From positions 134,108,001 through 134,172,000 of the forward strand of contig NC_058368.1 in assembly GCF_018350175.1 (NCBI RefSeq): 64,000 nucleotides of DNA. Reading direction: 5' to 3'. Below, in pieces: positions 39,421 to 50,880 of the stretch. Both the position numbers and the translations under genes were made by a program. Within the stretch, counting starts at the first letter, position 1; every line of letters starts with the position of its first letter. This stretch comes from Felis catus. Taxonomy: Eukaryota. Below the pieces are notes generated by a model that saw nothing but the letters and a program-made list of their open reading frames with translations, was not told where the DNA came from and did no database searches.

Positions 39421-39478
39421 GTGTGTCTAGAGCTTCCCTATATTTGTACTTCTTTATATGTGAGACCATGCATTTTCT

Positions 39479-39703
39479 TTCTTTTTTTTTTAATTTTTTT
39501 AACATTTATTTATTTTTGAGACAGAGAGAGACAGAGCATGAATGGGGGAGGGGCAGAGAGAGAGGGAGACACAGAATCGGAAGCAGGCTCCAGGCTCTGA
39601 GCCATCAGCCCAGAGCCCGACGCGGGACTCGAACTCACCGACCGTGAGATCGTGACCTGAGCTGAAGTCGGACACTTAACCGACTTAGCCACCCAGGCGC
39701 CCC
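39479..39703 (-). mobile_element. Young Can-SINE
   Basis: CpG-rich; TSD gagaccatg(c/a)attttct at 39462 and 39704. Confidence 0.97.
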
Positions 39704-40164
39704 GAGACCATGAATTTTCTAATTCATTGAAAACTCTAATTGATTTTCTAGTTTCTAATTGAGTCTGTGTTTTTTTTTTTCCTTATAACCATAAGCATCC
39801 TCATAATCTTAACTTGAGATAGTAGGATAAGACTCATCTTGTCTGCTCCTAAGTAGTGCCTATATTGCAAAAGAAGCCTTTCGAAAACAATATCCCTGTC
39901 TCTGTTGCTTAATCTACTCTTGTTTCTAATGACCCAAATCTTAGGCTTGAATTTAAACAGAACTCAAGTTAGTGGGAGGGGAGTTATTCTAGGACAAACG
40001 AGGTCTCATGGAGAATCCTAAATGCCATTGTGTTAGAAGTTGCCCACCTTACAAGTAGCACTGGACAGAGTGTGCTTTGTTGTTGTTTACTTTGATTGGT
40101 GGGGTGATGACTGCTGACCATTCTAGACGTGGATGTTCCTATTAACTTTTCTCGCCAAAGGTCT

Positions 40165-40215
40165 GGTTCTGATATCTTTGCTGTTCCCCATCAGTGCCAC
40201 TTGTGAGCCTCACAG
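40165..40215 (+). repeat. 51-bp direct repeat, copy A (copy B at 41771-41821)
   Basis: ggttctgatatctttgctgttccccatcagtgccacttgtgagcctcacag; 49/51 identical to copy B. Confidence 0.95.
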
Positions 40216-41694
40216 GGCAACAGAAACAGTCGGTGTGACTGCTCTTCAGAAACAGTGACAAACAATTCTGTGAGAGAAGAGACCAGTGGTTTCCTGAGAG
40301 AGACGTAATGAAGATGCTCTGTGATTAAGTCCTTCCAGGCTTGGACACTTCTTGCTTCTAGTCTTGGTATAAATCTTCATAATGTAACTATGAAGTTTGT
40401 AATTAAATTCTTCTGGCTACTTTGGAGTATACCAGGAATGTTTTAATTACTTTTCATGGGTTATTGTCATTTATTTCCCCAGGGGGTGCCTCATTTGAGT
40501 AATTCCATTCTTTTGGATTACATGTTACTATTCCTAAAATAGTTATTCTCAACACATTTCTTTACCTCTCATATTGTATTTTTAACTAAACTCGGTGCAC
40601 GATCTCTTTGAGGATCGTTGTGTAGGAGGTCCAAATACTGTTAATTCTTTTGAAATAGATGAAAGCTACAAGTAAGCAAAAGGACACATGAGAAAGAAAA
40701 CTTAATGGCAGAGGCAATGAAAGGAAGCTGTTAAATCTTTCAAAACTCAAAAAAGCCTGCCGAATAATAGATTTGATGAATATATTAAGTCCCTGACCAA
40801 CACATCTTCAAGAGACTAGAGGCTAACTTACTCCATCTGCGTTCGGGTTTGGACTTGGTATTCTAATTGCCCTTAATTTGCTCTTTAGTTCTACCTTTGT
40901 CCTCCAGATATTCAGTTAAATTGTTTTTCTTGGATACAGGATATCTCAGATGATGAAAAACAAAGTAAATGATGTTACTATCTGCGTGTGTTAGCAAGTA
41001 GCACATCCTCTTATCAGGATGATGGTTTTACCATGCCATGTGTTCTGTGACCTGCAAAATTACAGTCAACAGCCCCTGGAAGACCAGTAACAACAATCAC
41101 AAATGGAATTCCTGGAGAACAACTAGCTTATCTTTCTGTAGAAGGAAGTCCTTAGGAGGGCCCTATCTATATATCTGCATAGTGAAATTTAGAATTCTTT
41201 ATCTCTTCCATTGATTTGAAGCTTTAGTGTTGTCATCTCTGCCTGTATCCATGCTGGAAACACTTGGATTTCTCAGTTGACCAGAGAGTAGGGATAGTTT
41301 GTGGTCCAGGGAATGACTCAAGAATCCAAACACAAAAACAAAACTTTCAGTCTTATGCAGTACCTGGTTCCATCTTCATAGCCGCAAGAGAGTCCATTTG
41401 ATGAGTTTCAGTTAGAGTTTCATGAGTGGATGTGGTCTGCATATGGAAGGTGGAAAAAAAATAAAAGGTCAAATGAAACATCAGAGAGCAAGAGGCAGCC
41501 TTGTCTGACTGCCATCCTTTTTTCTGCCAAGTCAAAATACTGCCTCGATGCTCCTTGGCTTGGAAGGATATCCAGGGAAGAATCTTTCTTCCATAGCTCC
41601 TTATTTTACATTCCACTACTTTTTGAAGTTTCCAGGGCTGTGAGGTTTGGATTATTTAAACTGAGCAAATAATAAAGATGCTTTGGGTCTTTAG

Positions 41695-41720
41695 TTTTTT
41701 TTTTTTTTTTTTTTTTTTTT
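41695..41720. repeat. T26 homopolymer
   Basis: Seen directly. Confidence 0.95.
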
Positions 41721-41770
41721 AGAAATCATAACAGAAATTTCTGAATTTCTGCCCTTAGGGGCAGTGAACA

Positions 41771-41821
41771 GGTTCTGATATGTTTGCTGTTCCCCATCAG
41801 TGCCACTTGTGAGCTTCACAG
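41771..41821 (+). repeat. 51-bp direct repeat, copy B
   Basis: ggttctgatatgtttgctgttccccatcagtgccacttgtgagcttcacag. Confidence 0.95.
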
Positions 41822-42100
41822 AAGTGAATTGTTCACATAACTTAGGTTATATGAACAGTTTTTATTTTCTCTAAGCACAGAGAGCAGCAGAGGCTGGGGT
41901 GGACAGGGAAGGAAATGGTGGTAGCCCTGGGTGTTGTATTTTACCTGAAGTCAGAGCATCTCTGTCTGCTTTGTCAATAAAGGACAGCTTGCAGTTAGAC
42001 CTCCCCTCCTCTTGTTTTTTCTTGGTAAGCACAGTGAGAAATTGAAAGTGAAATATTCTTTTTCTGTTATCTTAAGGAGAATTAAGCATAATGATTTTTT

Positions 42101-43592
42101 AAAAATTTATTTTTAATTTACATCCAAGTTAGTTAGCATATGGTGCAAGAATGATTTCAGGAGTAGATTCCAGTGGTTCATCCCAACAAGTATCTTCCTC
42201 AATGCCCCTTACCCATTTAGACCATCCTCCTTTCCATAATCCCTCCAGTAACCTTCCGTTTGTTCTCTATATTTAAGAGTCTCTTATGTTTTGTCCTGCT
42301 CCCTGTTTTTATACTATTTTTGCTTCTCTTCCCTTATGTTCATCTCTTTTGTATCTTAAATTTTTCATATGAGTGAAGTCGAATGTACTTGTCTTTCTCT
42401 GACTTACTTAATTTTACTAGCATAATACCCTCTAGTTCCAGCCATGTAGTTGCAAATGGCAAGATTTCCTTCTTTTTGACTGCCAAGTAATACTCCATTG
42501 TATATATAAATGACATCTTCTTTATCCATTCATCCATCAATGGACGTTTGGGCTCTTTCCATACTTTGGCTATTGTTGATAGTGCTGCTATAAACATGGG
42601 GGTGCATGTGTCCTTTTGAAACAGCACACCTGTATCCCTTGGATAAATATCTAGTAGTGCAGTTGCTGGGTTGTAGGGTGGTTCTATTTTTAATTTTTTG
42701 AGGAACCTCCCTACTGTTTCCCAGAGTACCTGTGCCAGTTGCATTCCCACCAGCACTGCAAAAGAGATCCTCTTTCGCCACATCCTTGCCAGCATCCTTG
42801 TTTCCTGAGTTGTTAATGTTAGCTATTCTGACAGGTGTGAGGTGGTATCTCATTGTAGTTTTGATTTGTATTTCCCTGATGATGAGTGATGTTGAGCATC
42901 TTTTCATGTGTTGGTTGGCCATCTAGATATCTTCTTTGGAAAAGTGTCTATTCATGTCTTTTGCCCATTTCTTCACTGGATTATTTGTTTTTTGGGTGTT
43001 GGGTTTAGTAAGTTCTTTACAGATTTTGTATACTAACCCTTTATCTGATAGGTCATTTGCAAATATCTTCTCCCATTCTGTCAGTTGCCTTTCAGTTTTG
43101 CTAATTGTTTCCTTTGCTGTGTAGAAGCTTTTTATTTTGATGAGGTTAAATTTTGCTTTTGTTTCCCTTGCTTCCGGAGATGTGTTGAGTAAGAAGTTGC
43201 TGTGTTCGAGGTGAAAGAGGTTTTTGCCCACTTTCTCCTCGAGGGTTTTGATGGCTTCCTGTCTTACCTTTAGGTCGTTGATCCACTTTAAGTTTATTTT
43301 TGCGTATCGTGTAAGACAGTAGTGTTCCAGATTCATTCTTCTGCATGTTGCTGTCCAGTTTTCCCAGCACCACTTGCTGAAGAGACTCTCTTTATTCCAC
43401 TGGATGTTCTTTCCTGCTTTGTCAAAGATTAGTTGGCCACACGTTTGTGGGTCCATTTCTGGGTTCTCCTGTTTCATTGATCTGAGTGTCTGTTTTTGTG
43501 CCAGTACCATACTGTGCTGAGGATTACAGCTTTGTAATACATTTTGAAGTACAGGATTGTGATGCCTTCAGCTTTGTTTTTCTTTTTCAGGA
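42101..43592 (-). mobile_element. 5'-truncated carnivore/felid L1
   Basis: ORF2 C-terminal fragments (42923..43510, 42530.., 42340..); perfect 18-bp TSD taagcataatgatttttt at 42083-42100 and 43593-43610. Confidence 0.97.
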
Positions 43593-44049
43593 TAAGCATA
43601 ATGATTTTTTTAATTGCTTAAAATATCATTTAAATACACTGTGATGGGAAATAGAGATACATTTTCCAAGGTGAAGGAACTATCTTCCAAGACTTGCTCC
43701 ACTCCTCCTTGCATTCCTGCCTGTCCCAGTTGCCTACTATTTCTTATCAAGCATAGCAAAATGTAGGGACCATGTATCCCCTGAAAAGAGTTAGGTATGT
43801 GTTTTTTATAGATACAAAGTGTATAAATATATTTGAGAACCCAATGAAATAGTTCTTGATTGGATCCAAGATGGAGTCGACATTGTAAATGCACATCCTG
43901 TCAGTCCCTGAAAAGAAATGAATCTCTGGTTGCTGAAGATGCTGGTTTATTTTCATCTGACCCGATTGGAAAATTGAGAGTAGAGTATAAAATTATAAAA
44001 AGAAAGAGGATGGAGACTTTCAGAGAACAAAGCCTACTGCCCGTTCCTT

Positions 44050-46420
44050 AATATTGATCTCCCCCAAAGCTGCACTTTCTCTTTTTCTTTCTTAATCTAA
44101 GGACTCTCCATGGGCTTTCTCACTTACTCCCGTAGCCTCAGTTTTCTACTGTATATGCTTCTAATTCCAAAGTCAGGATCTGCAACCAAGATCTCTCTTC
44201 TGAAATTAAGCACTATATTTGCAACTGTTTCTTCACCTTGTTATCGGATGCCTCAAAGGACATGTTTACAACTCAAATTATTATCTTACTCCTCAGATAT
44301 TTCTGTCTTCCTTAATGCTGTTGATAGTCACACCATATACCCCATTGCACAATGGTTCATTCAACCTCAGAAGGGAACCTCATATTTATTTATTCTCTTC
44401 ATTCTCAAAGTCACCCTTCTAACTCTGGTCTTAATCCTTTGTCCACTTGTCTGTTGTCCTTATCTCCTAGATGAATCTCTGCCGTTATATCTGAACCCTG
44501 ATCATCATCATTTTTTTTTTTTTTGGACTTACTGATCTGTGTGATTCACTGGCAATAAACCATATAAATCTGAAGTCTGTAACTGGAGAAGTTTTCAAAC
44601 CATTGCCATAATAAGGGTAATGAGAATACCCTTTGTCCTCAGAAGTTTCCACATGCTCCTTTGTAATATCTCCCTCACTTTCCTCCCCCACATACCTCTT
44701 TTATTGGGTAGTCATTCTTCTACTTGCTGTTGTTATAGGTCAGTTAGCATTTCGGATAATTTGATGTAAGTAGAATATTCTTTTAATATATATTTTTAAT
44801 ATATATTATTAGTACAGGTCTGCTGGCTCTGAATTCTTCAGCTTCTGTATGTTCTGAATAAGTTTGTATTTAATCTTGGTTTGGGAAAGATATTTTACCT
44901 GGATATGAAAGTCTACATAGACAGTTTGTCTTTTCTTTCAGTCTTTCAAAGATGTGCTCAATGCCTTCTGCCTTACATTTTTTCCAAGGAAAACCCTGCT
45001 GCCATTCTTGTCTTTGTTTCCTTGTATGTAATGTTTCCCCTCCCTTCACTTTTATGATTTTGTATTTATGATGTATTTATCATAACCAGTTAGGTTATGA
45101 TGAACCTTGGTGTCATTACATGTATGTTTCTTGTGCTTGTGGTTCATGTATCTCTTTGAATCTGTGTGTTTATTGTTTATAAGCATCTTCGAAAATTTTT
45201 CCCGATTATTTATTCAAAATTGTCTTTTGTCCAACTTCTGTTTCTTTCTTTAGGGACTCAATGCATCCCACAGATCACTAATACTCATTTCAGGTTGTTT
45301 TTTGGGGGGGGGGCTTTTTTTTTCTTCTCTGTGTGTCATTTTGGATAGTTTCTATTACTATGTTTTTGGGTTCATTGATCCTTTTTTCAGTAGTGTCTAA
45401 TATTCTGTAATTCTATCCAGTTTATTTTTCATTTTAGGCATTGTATTTTTGTTGTTTCTAGGAGTTCGATTTAGGTGTTCTCAAAAATATATTTTATATC
45501 TCTATTTAACATGCTCAAATATTCCTCTACTTTGACATTTGGGCATTTGGATTATAGTTATAACTTTCAAGATACTTGTTTAACAATTCTGTAATCTCTG
45601 CCATTTCTCAGTGTGTTTCTGTTGATTGATTTTTATCCTTATTATACACTTTATTCCCCTCCCCCTCCTATTCTGAAGCTTAGAACCTTTCTCCATGCAG
45701 GAATCTGGGTAATCAAGGTTCCCTTCAATTCTACCCTTTCTTTCAGGAGTCAGAGTCTGACACTGCCTCTTCCAGTGTCTGAAAACCTAGTTTCATGTAT
45801 CTTGTCTAGTTCTTTTTAGCTGTTTCAAGCAGAAGGTTGAAGCTGGTTCCTCCTATTCCATCTTGGTCCCAACCCAGTGTTTCTTTTATATAATTTAGGT
45901 TTCTACTATTGCTTGAATTAATTGTTTTGAATCTCTAATCTAATTGTGTCATTCTCCTACTTAAAAATCTTTGGTGATAATCTTTTACTTTCAAGTAAAA
46001 GTTCTAACCTGTAGTAGAGCATCTAAAGCCCTTCATATAATGTCTCTTTCCACATTCGTTTTAGGCCATTACTTTTTCCTTTCCTCATGCTACCTTCTAG
46101 ACACATAGACACCCTATAATCAAACACACTCAGTTAACCACAATTCCTGAAATATACCATCCTAGTTTTTTTATTTTGTTTTTTTCTTTGTGCATACCCC
46201 TTTATCTTCTCAGGCTGTTGAGATCTTACCTACTCTAACAATACATGTGTCCTAGTTCAAATATAACCAATACTGCAAGGCCTTCTCTGACTTTCTCCTG
46301 ACTGTCCTCAGCAAGATTGTTAGTCTATTGTTCCCTCTCCAGATATTTTCTGTTCCTTATGGAGCACTTATTGTAGTACTTACTAGTTTGTCTCAGTAGG
46401 CTGAGAATGCTTCCTGAGTA
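44050..46420. mobile_element. L2 (+, about 44050-44500 and 45900-46420) interrupted by old L1M fragments (-, about 44520-45870)
   Basis: L2-like pyrimidine-rich flanks; middle part has aaagatattttacctggatatgaaagtcta...ctgctgccattc typical of antisense L1M ORF1/5' region. Confidence 0.6.
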
Positions 46421-46810
46421 GAACTTGGTAAATTTATTCTGTAGAGGGCCAGATGATAATTAATTAATTAATTAATTTTAATTTTTAAATTTATTTTTGA
46501 GAGAGAGAGGGAGGGGCAGAGAGAGAGGGAGATAGAGAATCTAAAGCAGTCTCTGTGCTGTCAGTGCAAAGCCTGACATGGGGCTTGAACCCATGAACCG
46601 TGAGATCATGACCTGAGCTGAAGTCGTATGCTCAACTGACAAAGCCACCTAGGTACACCCAGGTAGTAAATATTTTAAAGTTTGAGGGCCCTTGAGGTCT
46701 TTGCTGCATATTATTCTTTGTTTTTCTTTACAAACCTTTGAAAATGCAAGATTCGTTCATAGATTAGCAGCCAAGCAAAAACTTTCTGCTGTAGGCTGTA
46801 GTCTGCTTAG
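46421..46810. mobile_element. MER58B-like MITE split by a SINE
   Basis: ttggtaaatttattctgtagagggccaga [SINE] tagtaaatattttaaagtttgagggcc...ggctgtagtctgc. Confidence 0.75.
46460..46660 (-). mobile_element. Can-SINE
   Basis: Typical body with a (TAAT)n tail. Confidence 0.93.
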
Positions 46811-46821
46811 AAAAAAGAGGT

Positions 46822-48300
46822 TATTCCGTTGGTCTATGTGTCTGTTTCTGTGCCAATACCATGCTGTCTTGATGATTACAGCTTTGTAGTAGAGGCTAAA
46901 GTCTGGAATTGTGACGCCTCCTGATTTGGTCTTCTTCAAAATTACTTTGGCTATTCGGGGTCTTTTGTGGTTCCACACAAATATTAGGATTACTTGTTCT
47001 AGCTTCACGAAGAATGCTGGTGCAATTTTGATTGGGATTGCATTGAATGTGTAGATAGCTTTGGGTAGTATTGACATTTTAACAATATTCTTCCACTCCA
47101 TGAGCATGGAATGTTTTTCCATTTCTTTATGTCTTCTTCAATTTCTTTCATAAGCTTTCTATAGTTTTCAGCATACAGATCTTTTACATCTTTGGTTAGG
47201 TTTATTCCTAGGTATTGGACGCTTCTTGGTGCAATTGTGAATGGGATCAGTTTCTTTATTTGTCTTTCTGTTGGTTCATTATTAGTGTGTAAGAATGCAA
47301 CGATTTCTGTACATTGATTTTGTATCCTGCAACTTTGCTGAATTCATGTATCAGTTCCAGCAGACTTTTGGTGGAGTCTATTGGGTTTTCCATGTATAAC
47401 ATCATGTCATATGCAAAAAGTGAAAGCTAGACATCATCATTGCCAATTTTGATGCCTTTGATTTCCTTTTGTTGTGTGATTGCTGATGCTGGAACTTCCA
47501 ACACTATGTTAAACAACAGTGGTGAGAGTGGACATCCCTGTCGTGCTCCTGATCTCAGGGGGAAAGCTCTCAGTTTTTCCCCACTGAGGATGATGTTAGC
47601 TGTGGGCTTTTCATAAATGGCTTTTATGATCTTTAAGTATGTTCCTTCTATCCCGACTTTCTCAAGGGTTTTTATTAAGAAAGGGTGCTGGATTTTGTCA
47701 AATGCTATTTCTGCATTGATTGACAGGATCATATGGTTCTTATCTTTTATTAATGTGATGGATCACATTGATTGATTTGCGAATGTTGAACCAGCCCTGC
47801 AAGCCAGGAATGAACTCCACTTGATCATGGTGTATAATTTTTTTTTATATGCCATTGAATTCAATTTGCTAGTATCTTATTGAGAATTTTTGCATCCATA
47901 TTCATCAGGGATATTGGCCTGTAGTTCTCTTTCTTTGCTAGGTTTCTGTCTGGTTTAGGAATCAAAGTAATGCTGGCTTCATAGAATGACTCTGGAAGTT
48001 TTCCTTCCCTTTCTATTTTTTGGAACAGCTTGAGAAGGATAGGTATTATCTCTTCTTTAAATGTCTGGTAGAATTCCCCAGGGAAGCCACCTATTCCTGG
48101 ACTCTTATTTGTTGGGAGATTTTTGATAGCTGATTCAATTTCTTCACTGGTTATGGGTCTGTTCAAGTTTTCTATTTCTTTCTGTTTGAGTTTTGGAAGT
48201 GTATGGGTGCTTAGGAATTTGTCCATTTCTTCCAGGTTGTCCAGTTTGTTGGCGTATAATTTTTCATAGTATTCCCTGATAATTGCTTGTATTTCTGAGG
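46822..48300 (-). mobile_element. Inverted 5' segment of a young felid L1 (ORF2 Z/RT region, disrupted)
   Basis: ORFs 47861..48226 ([27 protein letters not shown]), 47427..47732 (AFDKIQH, QGCPLSP) and 46757..47122; catalytic FADD reads FAYD after a stop. Confidence 0.96.
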
Positions 48301-49646
48301 GTTAGACACCCCAGAAGTAGACCCACAAAAGTATGAGCAGCTATTCTTTGACAAAGCAGGAAAGAATATCCAATGGAAAAAAAGTCTCTTTAACAAATGG
48401 TGCTGGGAGAACTAGACAGCAACATGCAGAAGGATGAAACTAGACCACTTTCTTACACCATTCACGAAAACAAACTCAAAATGGATAAAGGACCTGAATG
48501 TGAGACAGGAAACCCTCAAAACCCTAGAGGAGAAAGCAGGAAAAAACCTCTCTGACCCCAGCCACAGCAATTTCTTACATGACACATCCCCAAAGGCAAG
48601 GGAATTAAAAACAAAAATGAACTATTGGGACCTCATGAAGATAAAAAGCTTCTGCACAGCAAAGGAAACAATCAACAAAACTAAAAGACAACCAACAGAA
48701 TGGGAAAAGATATTTGCGAATGACATATCAGACAAAGGGCTAGTATCCAAAATCTGTAAAGAGCTCAACAAACTCCACACCTGAAAAACAAATAATCCAG
48801 TGAAGAAATGGGCAGAAAACATGAATAGACACCTCTCTAAAGAAGACATTCAAATGGCCAACAGGCACATGAAAAGATGCTCCATGTCGCTCCTCATCAG
48901 GGAAATACAAATCCAAACCACCCTCAGATACCACGTCACGCCAGTCAGAGTGGCCAAAATGAACAAATCAGGAGACTATAGAGATGCTGGAGAGGATGTG
49001 GAGAAACGGGAACCCTCTTGGACTGTTGGTGGGAATACAAACTGGTGCATCTGCTCTGGAAAACAATGTGGAGGTTCCTCAAAAAATTAAAAAGAGGTCT
49101 ACCCTATGACCCAGCAATAGCACTGCTAGGAGTTTACCCAAGGGATACAGGAGTGCTGATACATAGGGGCACTTTTACCCCAATGTTTATAGCAGCACTT
49201 TCAACAATCACCAAATTATGGAAAGAGCCTAAATGTCCATCAACTGATGAATGGATAAAGAGATTGTGGTTTATACACACAATGGAATACTACGTGGCAA
49301 TGAAAAAGAATGAAATATGGCCTTTTTGTAGTAATGTGGATGGAACTGGAGAGTGTTATGCTAAGTGAAATAAGTCATAGAGAGAAAGACAGATACCATA
49401 TGTTTTCACTCTTATGTGGATCCTGAGAATCTTAAGACCATGGGGGAGGGGAAGGAAAAAAAAAACGTTAGAGAGGGAGGGAGCCAAAGCATAAGAGACT
49501 CTTAAAAACGGAGAACAAACTGAGGGTTGATGGGGGGTGGGAGGGAGAGGCGGGTGGGTGATGGGTATTGAGGAGGGCACCTATTGGAATGAGCACTGGG
49601 TGTTGTATGGAAACCAATTTGACAATAAATTTCATATTAAAAAATA
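48301..49646 (+). mobile_element. Non-inverted 3' segment of the same L1 (ORF2 C-terminus, G-rich 3'UTR, AATAAA)
   Basis: ORFs 48434.., 48800.. and 49018.. ([12 protein letters not shown]); 3' end gacaataaatttcatattaaaaaa. Confidence 0.96.
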
Positions 49647-49875
49647 ATTTTAGAAGATGGATTCTAAACTGAACACATAAACACATTTAAGATGGTAAAA
49701 TATTTGTTATATGTATTTTACCATAACTAAAACTTAAGACAATAAAGAAAAACAGGAAAAAAAAAGAGAGGTCATATTTCATTCTTTTACCCAGTAGAGT
49801 GTCTGACCCTGAGAAGAAGCTCCATAAAAACATATAGTTCTTTAATAATGACCGTAAAATCTCTTGTAATATTTA

Positions 49876-49943
49876 TTTAAAATTTTTAATGTTTATTTTT
49901 GAGAGAGCAAGATAGAGAGACAGAGCTCGAGTGGGGGAGGGGC

Positions 49944-49974
<31 letters not shown>

Positions 49975-50125
49975 GAGAGAGGGAGACAGAATCCGAAGCA
50001 GGCTCCAGGCTCCAGCCTCCAAGCCATCAGCACAGAGCCCGATGCGGGTCTCGAACCCACAAACTGTGAGATCATGACCCTAACCGAAGTGGGACGCTCA
50101 ACCCACTGGGCCACCCAGGCACCCC
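49876..50125 (-). mobile_element. Can-SINE
   Basis: Typical body; imperfect TSD tgt(a/g)atattta. Confidence 0.94.
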
Positions 50126-50641
50126 TTTCCTGTGATATTTAAATACTTCATATGTGACAGTAACTCTTCTAAGAACATAGGTTTTACCATTTGGTTTGTG
50201 CAGCGTCACATCATACTGTAAGCATCATTTTGTAGATTAGGCAATGTTGCCATGAAGAAGTTTAGGAATTTGCCTAAGAAGTTAGAAAAGGAGTAGTAGG
50301 GGGACAGAGGCAGTGAAGTTAGAAAGGGAGTAGTTTAGGGACAGTGACAATTGTATATGTTCTTGCTATTTTGGTCTTAGCTCCCAAAGAGGACAAAATG
50401 TCCCTGCTGAATTTGATGTATTCAATCTCTCTCTCTCTCTCTCTGTCTCTCCCTCTCTGATGGAAAACAAATGTAGATTCACAAATGTAGATTGTAGAGT
50501 CTTTGACCTAAGTGTTCATCAGTTTCAAGGATAAGTAACCACATCTGCTCACTTCTATGTTTATCATATATAGTTTGGACAAAATATCAAAGTTGGGTTT
50601 CTAGGAATATAGGCATTACTTTTTAAAAATATGAAAAGTCT

Positions 50642-50880
50642 GGTGTCCCTGGGTGGGTTAGTCAGTTAAGCACCCAACTTCAGTTTAGGTCATGATCTTG
50701 TGGTTCATGAGTTCGAGCCCCCATTGGGCTCTGTGCTGACAGCTCAGAGCCTGAAGCCTGCTTCGGATTCTGTGTCTCCCTCTCTCTCTGCCCCTCCCCT
50801 ACTGTCTCTTTGTCTTTTGCTCTCTCTCTCTTTCTCTCTCTCTCTCTCAAAAATAAAAATAAAACATTAAAAAATATATA
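50642..50880 (+). mobile_element. Can-SINE
   Basis: Perfect TSD taaaaatatgaaaagtct at 50624 and 50881. Confidence 0.96.

Noticed and set aside
40190..40212. CTCF site in the 51-bp repeat (reverse aggctcacaagtggcactg)
   Set aside because: Mismatches at core positions of the CCACCAGG half; too weak without a PWM scan
40915..40970. Micro-exon DISDDEKQ (cag|...|gtaaat)
   Set aside because: Weak donor, 25 nt, no recognisable protein
41695..41860. T26 as the polyA tail of a minus-strand retrocopy
   Set aside because: No polyA signal at the expected distance, no TSD and no recognisable body
48211..48396. 61-aa ORF across the L1 inversion junction
   Set aside because: Artefact of the inversion joining antisense and off-frame L1 sequence
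46757..49368. RT-like ORFs as an active or novel reverse-transcriptase system
   Set aside because: Ordinary L1 ORF2 fragments with stops and frameshifts, FADD mutated to FAYD, no ORF1 or endonuclease domain
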